Origin: Clostridia bacterium
GTDB taxonomy: Bacteria; Bacillota; Clostridia; Christensenellales; UBA1242
NCBI GenBank assembly: GCA_046882085.1
Contig: JBKSNA010000049.1
Coordinates: 1 to 42,806 of the forward strand
Reading direction: 5' to 3'
Length of the DNA stretch: 42,806 nucleotides
The position numbers were made by a program, and so were the translations under genes. The notes under the pieces are model-generated. The model did not search any database. It saw nothing but the letters and a program-made list of their open reading frames with translations, and was not told where the DNA came from. Shown in pieces: positions 8,040 to 17,964 of the stretch. How positions within the stretch are numbered: the stretch's first letter is position 1; every line of letters begins with the position of its first letter.

Positions 8040-8723
8040 CTACTCGTTTTCGTTGATATATTTCAAAAAATCTTTATATTCGAAGCTAAAAATCAACTTT
8101 TGATATTCATCTTCTAATTTTTTAGATATTATAACAGGAATTATTAATTCCAAAAAGAATAGTGCAATAATTATCGCAATTAAAATATTTAAGAATATTG
8201 TATCATAAACATAGCATAAAATTCCAATAATTATCATCAATGTAATATACAAAAACAATAATATAGTAAACCATTTTTTATTTAGAGCTAACATTTTGCG
8301 ATTTTTGATCGTTTTATTAAACAATTCTATATCGTTTTCTTTTAGTTCACTTAGTTCTATGCTGGGTTTTACACCAAAATATTTAGCATACTCCAATGCA
8401 TTTATCTCATTATTAAACTTTATGAACTCCTTAAATGTATATCCGTTTATTAACTGTTGTTTTTCTTTATTTAATTTGCCAGCTTTGTAGATAAAATAAA
8501 CTATCATACCAACTTCTAGTATTGAAATTATTATGAACATAATATCTAACGCTAACAATATCCCAAGCTCATCCACCAAAACACCATGAATAATCAAATA
8601 CGACATATATACAATAAACGAGATTATGAACGCTAAAAAAAGTAATTTCGTATCTCTTTTGTTCTTTATTATCTTATCATATCGTTCTTGTTGATTTGGC
8701 TGTCTTGTCATAAATTTTTTCAT
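8040..8723 (-). CDS. hypothetical membrane protein, 4 TM, internal tandem duplication
   Basis: Two pairs of hydrophobic segments, each followed by a similar KL..E.Q.LI....K(E/D)F.K..NE motif; very AT-rich. Confidence 0.75.
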   Translation of the reverse strand: MKKFMTRQPNQQERYDKIIKNKRDTKLLFLAFIISFIVYMSYLIIHGVLVDELGILLALDIMFIIISILEVGMIVYFIYKAGKLNKEKQQLINGYTFKEFIKFNNEINALEYAKYFGVKPSIELSELKENDIELFNKTIKNRKMLALNKKWFTILLFLYITLMIIIGILCYVYDTIFLNILIAIIIALFFLELIIPVIISKKLEDEYQKLIFSFEYKDFLKYINENE

Positions 8724-8733
8724 ATTTGTTAAC

Positions 8734-9396
8734 CTATTTCAATAAATCTGGTCTATTCTTCCTAGTGATTTCGAGCGATTGCTCTGCTCTAAATTCAGCG
8801 ATTTTCTTATGATTACCGCTAAGTAGTACCTCGGGCACTGCCATATCTCTAAATACTGCAGGGCGAGTGTATTGGTTATATTCTAGTAGATTAGTAGAGA
8901 AACTCTCATCTTGAGTACTTTCTTCTCGAATCACGCCGGGTATGAGTCTAATGATAGAGTCAGCTACCACCATCGCCGGTAACTCTCCACCTGTAAGCAC
9001 ATAATCACCGATAGATAATTCTTCAATATTAAAGTAATCAATCACTCGCTGATCTATGCCTTCGTAGTGTCCACAAATAAAAATCAAATGCTCTTCAGCA
9101 GACATTTCTTTAGCCATACCTTGATTGAAAACCTTGCCTCTAGGCGACATATAGATTATTCTACTATTCTCAGCCTTCACGCTCTCTATCGCACGGAAAA
9201 GTGGCTCACACAGCATAACCATGCCCGCACCACCACCAAAGGGTTCGTCGTCGCATTTAAAGTGAGGGGGATTCGCAAAATCACGAATATTAATAATATT
9301 AATTTCTATCTTACCATCATCAACTGCTCGTTTAATAATGCTTTCTTTTAGTGGGCTAAACATCTCTGGAAAAAGTGTCAAAATATCTATTCTCAT
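8734..9396 (-). CDS. trmD: tRNA (guanine-N1)-methyltransferase
   Basis: MRIDILTLFPEMF, DD.PFGGGAGMVM, CGHYEGIDQR, SIGDYVLTGGELPA, VPEVLLSGNH. Confidence 0.99.
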   Translation of the reverse strand: MRIDILTLFPEMFSPLKESIIKRAVDDGKIEINIINIRDFANPPHFKCDDEPFGGGAGMVMLCEPLFRAIESVKAENSRIIYMSPRGKVFNQGMAKEMSAEEHLIFICGHYEGIDQRVIDYFNIEELSIGDYVLTGGELPAMVVADSIIRLIPGVIREESTQDESFSTNLLEYNQYTRPAVFRDMAVPEVLLSGNHKKIAEFRAEQSLEITRKNRPDLLK

Positions 9397-9887
9397 ACTT
9401 TCATATCCTCAAATGTTTGTTGATTGATTACGAAAGAATTTTTCTCTCTATCAAATATGATTATATCTTCAACATATGGTATACTATATGATACTGCACC
9501 ACAGCGAATAGTTAGAATTACGCTAGCGCCATAATCATCATAATCTACCATTTCTCCGATTTTTCCGTCATTTTCATTAATTACATCACAACCGATCAAA
9601 TCACTCATGTATATTTTCTCTTTCATACTGTCGTATTCATCTCTATCGATATATACTGACTGATTTCTATATTTTTCAGCATCATCAATAGTAACAATGT
9701 TATCAATGTATACAGCATACGCATCATTATTAAGACTCTGTACTCGCTGTATATTGGCACTAATGCGTTTGTCCGTCAAATATATATGCTTAAATTTAGA
9801 CATTCCTTCATCTAAGTAGCACACAATCTTCACTGCACCCTTCACTCCATGTGGGCGCACGATTTTACCTATTTCTAATAAATTCAT
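9393..9887 (-). CDS. rimM: 16S rRNA processing protein RimM
   Basis: IGKIVRPHGVKGAVK...DLIGC.V...IPYV; start moved to ATG 9887 after a GAGGT RBS. Confidence 0.93.
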   Translation of the reverse strand: MNLLEIGKIVRPHGVKGAVKIVCYLDEGMSKFKHIYLTDKRISANIQRVQSLNNDAYAVYIDNIVTIDDAEKYRNQSVYIDRDEYDSMKEKIYMSDLIGCDVINENDGKIGEMVDYDDYGASVILTIRCGAVSYSIPYVEDIIIFDREKNSFVINQQTFEDMKV

Positions 9888-9904
9888 ATTACCTCTAAAA
9901 CTAG

Positions 9905-9929
9905 AAAAGCGGGTCAAAAACAACCCGCC
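9905..9929 (-). terminator. terminator-like hairpin between khpA and rimM
   Basis: GCGGGT-tgtttttg-ACCCGC then TTTT. Confidence 0.6.
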
Positions 9930-9933
9930 ATTC

Positions 9934-10161
9934 TTACTTCTCGTCAAATTTGATTACTAATCTTTCTTTACCGCCAGTAGAGCGTACTACTGTACGTATA
10001 GCATTGGCAATGCTACCACCACGACCGATGACATTGCCTAAGTCTTTGGCATCAACCTTGACCTTAAAAACCTTAGTCTTACCTTGATTCTCAGCAGAGA
10101 TCTCTACTGCTTCTGGATTAGACACTAGATTCTTAACAATGTACTCTAACATCTCTTGCAT
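9934..10161 (-). CDS. khpA: KH domain RNA-binding protein KhpA (YlqC)
   Basis: MLEYIVKNLV.NPE.V...DLGNVIGRGGSIANAIRTVV; between rpsP and rimM. Confidence 0.93.
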   Translation of the reverse strand: MQEMLEYIVKNLVSNPEAVEISAENQGKTKVFKVKVDAKDLGNVIGRGGSIANAIRTVVRSTGGKERLVIKFDEK

Positions 10162-10171
10162 AAATTACTCC

Positions 10172-10468
10172 TTATGCTTTCTTCTTTTTCTTATTATTAG
10201 TCTTAGGAGCGCTATTACCCTTCACTTCGATAACACCAGCTCTTTGAAGAAGAGTCTTAGCTGTCTCTGTAGGTTGAGCACCATTCTTTAGCCATTTCTC
10301 AGCTAATTCGTTATTGATCTTAATCTCAGCTGGGTTAGTAAGTGGATTGTAAGTACCGATTTGTTCAATATACTTACCATCTCTTGCTACTCTAGCATCA
10401 GCTACTACCACACGATAGAATGGAGACTTCTTGTCGCCTAAACGAGTTAATCTAATCTTAACTGCCAT
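10172..10468 (-). CDS. rpsP: 30S ribosomal protein S16
   Basis: [38 protein letters not shown]...[11 protein letters not shown]. Confidence 0.99.
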   Translation of the reverse strand: MAVKIRLTRLGDKKSPFYRVVVADARVARDGKYIEQIGTYNPLTNPAEIKINNELAEKWLKNGAQPTETAKTLLQRAGVIEVKGNSAPKTNNKKKKKA

Positions 10469-10696
10469 AATTTTTCTCCTTTTTAATTCTCTTTACCTCA
10501 TTCGCAAGCACTTCTCTACTTCACTAATCCTCTCAAAAAGGGGAATTAATGAAGGGGAAAGCCGGTTTGCCCCTTCATAAGAGGAGCTACCGAGCAAAAG
10601 GTCAATATTTGCGGTTAGCAAATTGACAACAGCGAAATTGCGATGCTGTAAAGTCTTTACGCTTTACATTATAGCACACTATTTTTTATTTGTAAA
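10469..10696 (-). promoter_or_regulatory. rpsP promoter and ~190-nt structured 5' leader
   Basis: TTTACA(10696-10691)-17-TATAAT(10673-10668); four successive inverted repeats before the RBS. Confidence 0.55.
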
Positions 10697-10801
10697 GGGT
10701 TTTTATTAAATTACTTAAAAATTTTCTTAAAATGCATTTCTGATTAGTTGACACAAAAACATGATTATGTTAAATTTGCATTAAATAAAAGAGGAGCAAA
10801 T

Positions 10802-11227
10802 ATGGGAAGACAAAACAAAAAACTTATATCACGCATGACAGATAAGGCTATGGAAAATGATTTAAGGAATCATATCGCAGAAGTAGAACTGCTAAATATG
10901 AATCTAAACAATCTACAAAAATTTCTTAGAGGTATTAAAATAGGAGAACATGAAACTAATACTACAATTAATACATATCAACGAGCTATTGACACATTCG
11001 ATCAAATCGGCAATAAATACAGCGTACTCAAGACTTATATGAAAGAATGTATTATAGCTTTCCAAGAATACGATTACGAAACTCTTCGTCCACTATTAAT
11101 GGAATATATTAGAAAATGTAGGAACTTAAATGACAGACTCGAAAGACTAGAAGTAACAACAATCGAGGACTTGTTCAAACGTACTCCCGCTGCAAAAGAA
11201 ATTCAAATGACATCAGTTACAGACTAA
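10802..11227 (+). CDS. orphan alpha-helical/coiled-coil hypothetical protein (141 aa)
   Basis: GAGGAG RBS before ATG 10802; promoter TTGACA(10748)-17-TAAATT with TGn; terminator follows. Confidence 0.75.
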   Translation: MGRQNKKLISRMTDKAMENDLRNHIAEVELLNMNLNNLQKFLRGIKIGEHETNTTINTYQRAIDTFDQIGNKYSVLKTYMKECIIAFQEYDYETLRPLLMEYIRKCRNLNDRLERLEVTTIEDLFKRTPAAKEIQMTSVTD

Positions 11228-11258
11228 AAAATACGCAGACTCATCTGCGTATTTTTTT
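11227..11258. terminator. bidirectional terminator (orphan / ffh)
   Basis: AAAAATACGCAGA-ctca-TCTGCGTATTTTT between convergent genes. Confidence 0.85.
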
Positions 11259-11307
11259 ATTGCGATAACTACAAACTAAATTAACGAACTGGGCAAAGTA
11301 AATTATT

Positions 11308-12654
11308 TTACTGTCCCATGAGTTTCTTCATGATCGCAGCGCGTCCTCCGAATGCTTTTGGATTCTTCATCATACGCATCATTTCTTTTGATTGATTAAA
11401 TTGTTTGATGAGTTGATTCACATCGCTAACAGGTACACCTGCACCTTTCGCAATACGTTGACGTCGAGAGCCATTAATAATATTTGGATCTTCTCTTTCT
11501 TTTACTGTCATTGATTGAATGATGGCTTTATTCTTTTCTAGCATTTTATCATCGATTTGGTCTTCGATTTGCTTTAGTTTACCACCGATACCTGGCATCA
11601 TGGATAATACAGTCTTGAGTCCACCCATCTTCTTTAGAGAGTTTACTTGCTCAATGTAGTCATTTAGATCAAAACTATTCTCTCTAAATTTCTTCTCCAT
11701 CTCTTGAGCCATCTTCTCATCTACTGCCTCTTGAGCCTTGTCAATAAGAGTTAGCACATCTCCCATACCAAGTATTCTAGATGCCATACGATCTGGATAG
11801 AAAGGCTCTAAATCAGTCAACTTCTCGCCCACACCTACGAACTTAATAGGCTTACCGATGACTGCACGTATTGACAAAGCCGCACCACCACGAGTATCAC
11901 CATCTGTCTTAGTAAGTACTACACCCGTTACATCTAGTGCCTCATCGAAGGCCTTAGATACAGCTACCGCCTCTTGACCAATCATCGCATCAATTACTAG
12001 CAATATTTCAGTTGGATTAATTGCTTTCTTGATTTCTTTGAGTTCTTCCATGAGTTTCTCATCGATCTGCAATCTACCAGCAGTATCTATTATTATAGTA
12101 TCAAGAGCAAACTTCTCTGCATAAGCGATAGCTTCCTTCGTGGTCTTCACAGGATTCTGTGTACCGCGCTCAAAGACATCTATTTGAATAGATTTGCCAA
12201 GTACTTTTAGTTGATCAATAGCGGCAGGTCGATATACATCACAGGCAACTAATAATGGTTTCTTACCTTCTTTCTTTAGTTTCAAAGCCAACTTTCCAGA
12301 CAATGTAGTCTTACCGCTACCCTGAAGTCCACACATCATAATAACTGTAGGTGGTTTAGGACTTACGTTGAGTTTTTGATTCTCTCCACCCATTAAAGTA
12401 GTTAACTCATCACGTACAATCTTGATTACTTGCTGAGTCGGAGTTAGACTTTTTAAGATCTCTTCTCCCTGTGCTAGTTCGCTAACGCGAGCGCAAAAAT
12501 CTTTCGCAACAGCAAAATTAACATCCGCCTCAAGAAGTGCTACACGAATTTCTCTCATTGCCTCCTTGATCTCTAGAGATGTTAGTTTGCCATGCTTAGT
12601 CATCTTGCTAAAAATATGATTAAGCCTTTCACTCAAATTTGAAAAAAATGCCAT
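11308..12654 (-). CDS. ffh: signal recognition particle protein Ffh
   Basis: ALLEADV, GLQGSGKTT, DVYRPAA, DTAGRLQ, TKTDGDTRGGAALS, PDRMASRILGMGD, Met-rich M domain. Confidence 0.99.
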   Translation of the reverse strand: MAFFSNLSERLNHIFSKMTKHGKLTSLEIKEAMREIRVALLEADVNFAVAKDFCARVSELAQGEEILKSLTPTQQVIKIVRDELTTLMGGENQKLNVSPKPPTVIMMCGLQGSGKTTLSGKLALKLKKEGKKPLLVACDVYRPAAIDQLKVLGKSIQIDVFERGTQNPVKTTKEAIAYAEKFALDTIIIDTAGRLQIDEKLMEELKEIKKAINPTEILLVIDAMIGQEAVAVSKAFDEALDVTGVVLTKTDGDTRGGAALSIRAVIGKPIKFVGVGEKLTDLEPFYPDRMASRILGMGDVLTLIDKAQEAVDEKMAQEMEKKFRENSFDLNDYIEQVNSLKKMGGLKTVLSMMPGIGGKLKQIEDQIDDKMLEKNKAIIQSMTVKEREDPNIINGSRRQRIAKGAGVPVSDVNQLIKQFNQSKEMMRMMKNPKAFGGRAAIMKKLMGQ

Positions 12655-12975
12655 TTAGTTGTCCTCCAATAATGCTATAATCTCTAACCTTGTCGCCATG
12701 TCAATTTGATTCAAAGGTTTATTTTCTAATAAATTTCTTAATTTTTCATCACGAGAAATAAATCCCAATTTTTCCTCTAGATTCTTAAGAGTAGTATATG
12801 AAGTATCTAGTGCATCTTTGACTGCCTGACGAGTAATATTTAGCTCGGCACTCACTTCTGCCAAAGATAAATTATTATCTACATACATAGATAAAATACC
12901 TTGTTGTTTATCTGTTAATAACTTTCCATAATATTTCATCAGTATCGCGATCTCGACACGCTCTTCTATGTTCAT
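12655..12975 (-). CDS. ylxM: YlxM family DNA-binding protein
   Basis: YYGKLLTDKQ...NLSLAEVS..LNITRQAV.D.L....L..LEEKLG; directly upstream of ffh. Confidence 0.92.
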   Translation of the reverse strand: MNIEERVEIAILMKYYGKLLTDKQQGILSMYVDNNLSLAEVSAELNITRQAVKDALDTSYTTLKNLEEKLGFISRDEKLRNLLENKPLNQIDMATRLEIIALLEDN

Positions 12976-12983
12976 ACTTCTCC

Positions 12984-13172
12984 TTAAAAAAACATTGTAC
13001 TAATACCGGCTACAATACCACCTAAACAAATCATAACTATTCCTAAAGGTTTTATAAATGATGAAACAAAAATACCACCAAATAAGATACATGCACCTAG
13101 AAACATAGCTAGTACAGCAATTAATTTTTTATTTACTTTTGGTTTATTATCTTCTTCTTTTTTATTTTTCAT
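12984..13172 (-). CDS. small two-TM membrane protein
   Basis: AGGAG RBS; basic N-terminus followed by a hydrophobic hairpin; fills the ftsY-ylxM gap. Confidence 0.7.
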   Translation of the reverse strand: MKNKKEEDNKPKVNKKLIAVLAMFLGACILFGGIFVSSFIKPLGIVMICLGGIVAGISTMFF

Positions 13173-13180
13173 ATGTTCTC

Positions 13181-14044
13181 CTACATTAATATCTTATCTA
13201 CAAAACTCTCCGCATCAAATACCTCTAGATCATCAACGCCTTCACCGAATCCTGTGAATACGATCGGTACATTAAGGTCATTAATGATAGGATACACGAC
13301 CCCACCCTTGGCTGTACCGTCAAGTTTAGTTAGAATAATACCATCAATATTCACACTATCCTTAAAAGCCTTGACCTGAGCAATCGAATTCTGTCCAATA
13401 GATGCATCTAGTACTATTAGATTGAGTTTCTTTGCCTCTGGATATTCACGATTAGTGATATTATTGATCTTCTCTAATTCTTTCATTAAATTAGTCTTGG
13501 TATGAAGTCGTCCTGCTGTATCTACTATTAATACATCGTTTTCTTTTGCTTTCATGCTAGCAATAGCATCAAATACGACAGATGCAGAGTCTGCACCTTC
13601 GCCTTGCTTTACTATCTTAGTCTTGAGTCGCTCTGCCCACATATTGAGTTGTTCGGTAGCTGCCGCACGGAAAGTATCTCCTGCGGCTAGCAATACTGAT
13701 TTCTTATTCTTAATGAAATACTTAGTCATCTTGGCAATAGATGTAGTCTTACCTACACCATTCACTCCGACAACCGTGATAATTAGCGGATAATCGAACT
13801 CGAACTTAGTTACATTTAATTTCTCGATTAAAATTCTTTTGAGTTCTTCTTGCGCTCTATCTGACTCTTTGATTAGTTTCTCCTTACAAATATCTCTAAG
13901 TTCGTCCATAATATCCATAGCAGTCTCTATGCCCATATCGCTGGATACCAAGATAGACTCTAGTTCATCATAAAAATCATCATTTAGTTCTGTCTTCTTA
14001 AAAGTATATTTCAGTTTATCAAAAAACTTTTTGAATATTCCCAT
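13181..14044 (-). CDS. ftsY: SRP receptor FtsY (NG domain only)
   Basis: GVNGVGKTTSIAK, GDTFRAAA.EQL, DTAGRLH, TKLDGTAKGG, GEGVDDL. Confidence 0.98.
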   Translation of the reverse strand: MGIFKKFFDKLKYTFKKTELNDDFYDELESILVSSDMGIETAMDIMDELRDICKEKLIKESDRAQEELKRILIEKLNVTKFEFDYPLIITVVGVNGVGKTTSIAKMTKYFIKNKKSVLLAAGDTFRAAATEQLNMWAERLKTKIVKQGEGADSASVVFDAIASMKAKENDVLIVDTAGRLHTKTNLMKELEKINNITNREYPEAKKLNLIVLDASIGQNSIAQVKAFKDSVNIDGIILTKLDGTAKGGVVYPIINDLNVPIVFTGFGEGVDDLEVFDAESFVDKILM

Positions 14045-14060
14045 GTTTGCTCCAATTTAA

Positions 14061-14108
14061 TAGAAGTAGATCCCATGCCTGTTTTTCAATGACATGGGAT
14101 ATATTCTA
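14061..14108. repeat. palindromic element / possible half copy of the REP-like family
   Basis: TAGAA..ATCCCATG-N15-CATGGGAT..TTCTA; resembles the AGATTCCCAT...ATGGAAT arm at 17872-17899. Confidence 0.45.
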
Positions 14109-14114
14109 ACTTAT

Positions 14115-17100
14115 TTATTCAGCATTGACAGCTTTTACTGCCTCTGCTAGTTTTACAGATACGATTTTACTTACACCCTTTTCTTCCATTGTTACACCAT
14201 ACAATGAATCCACTACTTCCATAGTAGGTTTACGGTGAGTGATGACAATGAATTGAGTATCATTACTGAATCTCTTCAAATAATTAGCATATCTATCGAT
14301 ATTCGCATCATCTAGCGCCGCCTCTATCTCGTCTAAGAAACAGAATGGCATTGGCTTCAATTTGAGTATTGCGAACAATATCGCGATCGCTGTCATAGTC
14401 TTCTCTCCACCGCTCAAAAGTGTAATATTAGATACTGCTTTACCAGGTGGTTGAGCGATAATGTCTACACCAGCGGTCAAAGGATCATCGCTAGGTAGAA
14501 GTTCTAGTCTAGCGTTACCACCACCGAATAGTTCTTTGAATACCTTAGTGAAGTTCTCTTGAATCTTCACAAATTCAGCATTGAACTGCTCTAACATCTC
14601 AGCAGATAGGTCTTTAATAATGCGAACTGCATCTTCTTCTGCCTTACGTAAATCTTCTATTTGAGCATTCATTTCTTCGTAACGAGCGCCCTCAGTCTTG
14701 TATTCTTCAATGGCATTGATATTCACATATCCAAGAGCGGTAATTTGACTCTTTATACGACTGATCTGAATCATTGTATCTTTGATATCAAATTCTTCGC
14801 CTTGATCTTTGAACTTCAAGCAATCATTATAAGTCAATTCATATTCTTCAAATATGCGTTCTTGCATTGTTTCGATCTCAATATCTACTTTTTGCAGTCT
14901 TGTCTCTTCTTGGAAGATTTTATTATTCATTTTAGCAATATCATTTGATATGGTAGATTTCTTGTCGTCAAGTTCTTTTAGTTCACTCATTAAGCTCTGC
15001 TTAAACTCGTCGAACTGTGCAAGTTTATTATTGAGATCATCAAGCTCTTTTCTAATCTCTCCTACACCATTTTCATCTTCTGCAGATTTATTCAAGCTAA
15101 TTGCTTCATCGTACAATTTTTGCTGTCCTGAGATTTCTGTCTTGAGTTGAGCTATTGATTTCTCTGTCAATTCTAATTGAGTTAGGTTATTCTCAATATC
15201 TTTGTCTAACGCACGAATTTTCTCTTCGGTAGAAGCAATCATCACCTTCACACTAGTTAATCTCTCTTGATATACTTCTCTTTTTGATTTAAGTTCTTCA
15301 TAGACATTCTTATTGTTCTCATTAAATTCACCAACTTTTGCCTGAGTAGCATTGTAGTCCATCTCGATTTGGTCGATTGAATTTATCTTCTTAGTGAGTT
15401 CATCAATTACCGCTTGCGCAACAGTCATCTGACTCTTCACAGAGAATATGTCTTCTTCGATATTTTGTGAATTTTGCTTAACGTTTTCCATCTTAGTATT
15501 ATTAGTATAATACTCACTATTTACACTTTGCAATTCACTATTAATACCGGCAATATTTGCCTTAGCATTAGTTAGTTTCGCTAAAATCACATCATAATCT
15601 CTTGATGCGCTATCTAATTCTTTAGTTCTAGCTTCAATATTCGCTTTGAGATTCTTAATCTCGTTTTCTTTACCTAGAAGTGAACTATCATTACTCTTCT
15701 TGCTACCACCTGATAAGCTTCCCTGAGGAGAGAACACTTCTCCATCTAGTGTAACAATTCTAAAGGCATAATTACTAGATTTCGCCAAATTTACAGCATT
15801 GTCATAATTATCACACACTACAGTAGATCCGAGCAAACTATCAATTACAGATTTGTATTGACTATCTACTTTGACTAGATCGCTCGCTATACCAAAGCAA
15901 CCTTTGCTAGTCAAGAATTTCATATCATTTGGACTAAGTCTTCTAGCCTTCACTGCACTGATTGGCAAGAAGGTAGCACGACCAGAATGATTGTCTTTTA
16001 GATAATTAATCAAAACCTTCGCATCATCTTCATCTTGTGTAACTATGTTCTGAATACTACCACCTAATGCGATCTCTATGGCAGTTTGATACTTGCTGTC
16101 TACTGATATAATATTAGCCACTACACCTTTAATCGCCTTACTAATGGTAGGATTTTTCTTACTTTCTTGCATGAGTCTTTTTACTGCATATTGATAACCT
16201 TCGTAGTCCATCTGCATATTTGATAAGATATTCATGCGGTTAGTATCATTTGATATACTAGTCTTCAATGCATAGATCTCATTAGATTTTTCTTCAACTT
16301 TATCATTCAATTCTAAGATCTCGGCATTAAGCTTTGATTGCTCTAATTCTAACTTATTCTTTTTCTGGCTTAAATTTTCGACTGCCTTTGATAATTCATC
16401 ACAAACCGTTTTAATTTCCGCTAGTTGAGTATTGAGGATTTCTAATTTCTCTTTATCTGTCTTTAGATTTTCTTGCATTGTATCACGCTTAGCGATATAT
16501 GATGCCAGATTAGTCTTGATATCTGTAAGTTTTGATAAATTATCAATGATATTTCTCTGATTTTCTTCTTTCTCGCCCTCGTTCTTAGTAAGCTCATCAA
16601 TGAGTTTCATATACTCATCTGCGATCTGTTGAGCATCACGATTGAGTTGCGCTAGCGACTTAGTCTCTTTCTCCCTCAATGCCTTGGCATTATCTATTAA
16701 TGTTGATCGTTGATTATAATCCATCTCATAAGCATTAAGCTGAGATGAGAGTCTATCCAACTGCTCTTTCAAATGTCTAGTCTGCTCATAAAGAATACGG
16801 CTATCGCTCTGTTTCTTCTCAAGTGCGACAGTATTAGTGAGAACCTTCTCATGTAGTTCGCTAGCACGTCTATCTAATTGATTGATTTCATTCAAAGCCT
16901 TGTCATACTTGGCTTGTTCTGTCTCTATGCTATTAGTTAGAATATTGAGATTATCTCTGTATCCTGCGAGCTTTGTATTGATCTCTTCCTTAGTTTGCGC
17001 AGCATGATCGTATTGATAAATATAAGCATTGATCTCGAGATTTTTTAGTTGATCTCTATACTCTAGATACTTCTTCGCATCTTCGCTCTGGCGCTTCAAT

Positions 17101-17714
17101 GGTCCTAGTCTACGCTCTACTTCAGTCAAAATATCAGTAGCACGACTTAGGTTATCTCTTACATGGACTAGACGATTTTCAGTCTCTACCTTACGTGCTT
17201 TGTATTTGGCAATACCAGCGGCTTCTTCAAATATTGAACGACGCTCTTCTGGCTTAGACTGAATAATCTCTTCTACTCGACCTTGTCCGATGATAGAATA
17301 TCCATCTTTACCAATACCGCTATCATATAAAATATCACGAATGTCTTTTAGTCTACAAGGCTTACGATTGATCATATACTCGCTCTCGCCACTGCGATAT
17401 AATTTACGAGTAAGTACAACTTCATCATATTCCACGTTAAACCACTTATTTGTATTATCGAATATCAATGATACTTCACAAAAACTAAGTTTCTTTCTCT
17501 TCTCAGTACCAGCAAAAATAACGTCTTGCATTGACTTACCACGCAAGGCTTTGCTTGATTGTTCTCCGAGTACCCAACGAATAGCATCACTAACATTAGA
17601 TTTGCCACAACCGTTCGGTCCTACGATACCGGTAATACCACCATCAAAGTTGATATGTGTGGTGTCTGCGAATGACTTAAATCCAGTCATCTCTATTTCT
17701 TTGAATGTTATCAT
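14115..17714 (-). CDS. smc: chromosome segregation protein SMC
   Basis: GFKSFAD, GPNGCGKSN, hinge GRATFLP, LSGGEK, LDEIEAALD, ITHR; start moved to 17714. Confidence 0.99.
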   Translation of the reverse strand: MITFKEIEMTGFKSFADTTHINFDGGITGIVGPNGCGKSNVSDAIRWVLGEQSSKALRGKSMQDVIFAGTEKRKKLSFCEVSLIFDNTNKWFNVEYDEVVLTRKLYRSGESEYMINRKPCRLKDIRDILYDSGIGKDGYSIIGQGRVEEIIQSKPEERRSIFEEAAGIAKYKARKVETENRLVHVRDNLSRATDILTEVERRLGPLKRQSEDAKKYLEYRDQLKNLEINAYIYQYDHAAQTKEEINTKLAGYRDNLNILTNSIETEQAKYDKALNEINQLDRRASELHEKVLTNTVALEKKQSDSRILYEQTRHLKEQLDRLSSQLNAYEMDYNQRSTLIDNAKALREKETKSLAQLNRDAQQIADEYMKLIDELTKNEGEKEENQRNIIDNLSKLTDIKTNLASYIAKRDTMQENLKTDKEKLEILNTQLAEIKTVCDELSKAVENLSQKKNKLELEQSKLNAEILELNDKVEEKSNEIYALKTSISNDTNRMNILSNMQMDYEGYQYAVKRLMQESKKNPTISKAIKGVVANIISVDSKYQTAIEIALGGSIQNIVTQDEDDAKVLINYLKDNHSGRATFLPISAVKARRLSPNDMKFLTSKGCFGIASDLVKVDSQYKSVIDSLLGSTVVCDNYDNAVNLAKSSNYAFRIVTLDGEVFSPQGSLSGGSKKSNDSSLLGKENEIKNLKANIEARTKELDSASRDYDVILAKLTNAKANIAGINSELQSVNSEYYTNNTKMENVKQNSQNIEEDIFSVKSQMTVAQAVIDELTKKINSIDQIEMDYNATQAKVGEFNENNKNVYEELKSKREVYQERLTSVKVMIASTEEKIRALDKDIENNLTQLELTEKSIAQLKTEISGQQKLYDEAISLNKSAEDENGVGEIRKELDDLNNKLAQFDEFKQSLMSELKELDDKKSTISNDIAKMNNKIFQEETRLQKVDIEIETMQERIFEEYELTYNDCLKFKDQGEEFDIKDTMIQISRIKSQITALGYVNINAIEEYKTEGARYEEMNAQIEDLRKAEEDAVRIIKDLSAEMLEQFNAEFVKIQENFTKVFKELFGGGNARLELLPSDDPLTAGVDIIAQPPGKAVSNITLLSGGEKTMTAIAILFAILKLKPMPFCFLDEIEAALDDANIDRYANYLKRFSNDTQFIVITHRKPTMEVVDSLYGVTMEEKGVSKIVSVKLAEAVKAVNAE

Positions 17715-17828
17715 ACGTTCCCCATTTATGTAGATACAATCTACCAAATTTAACTACATTATAGCAAAAAAGACACCAATTCTCCAAACAAAATAGCCCT
17801 ACTGACGAAAAATTCACCTGATTTTTTA

Positions 17829-17899
17829 TGTCGTTGCGAGAAAGACATAGTCTGACATAGCAATCTAGTGTAGATTCCCATGCTTCGTATGGAATAACA
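17829..17899. repeat. REP-like GTC(A/G)T palindromic element, copy 1
   Basis: TGTCGTTGCGAG..AGAC-ATA-GTCT-GAC..GCAATCT / AGATTCCCAT-GCTTCG-TATGGAATAACA; aligns with 23354-23449. Confidence 0.65.
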
Positions 17900-17964
17900 T
17901 TACAATTTCTGCTTGACATGATTTAATTTTGAACATATAATATTGTTACTAAAAGGAAATCCTT

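Noticed and set aside
10548-10580. GGGCAAACC in the rpsP leader resembling the start of a c-di-GMP-I riboswitch; SRP RNA also considered because ffh is close
   Set aside because: No GAAA tetraloop/GCAAAG continuation for c-di-GMP-I and no SRP helix-8 CAGG..GGAA..AGCAG motif.
17677-17919. 80-aa minus-strand ORF upstream of smc
   Set aside because: Runs through the REP-like repeat and the smc promoter; no RBS; not protein-like.
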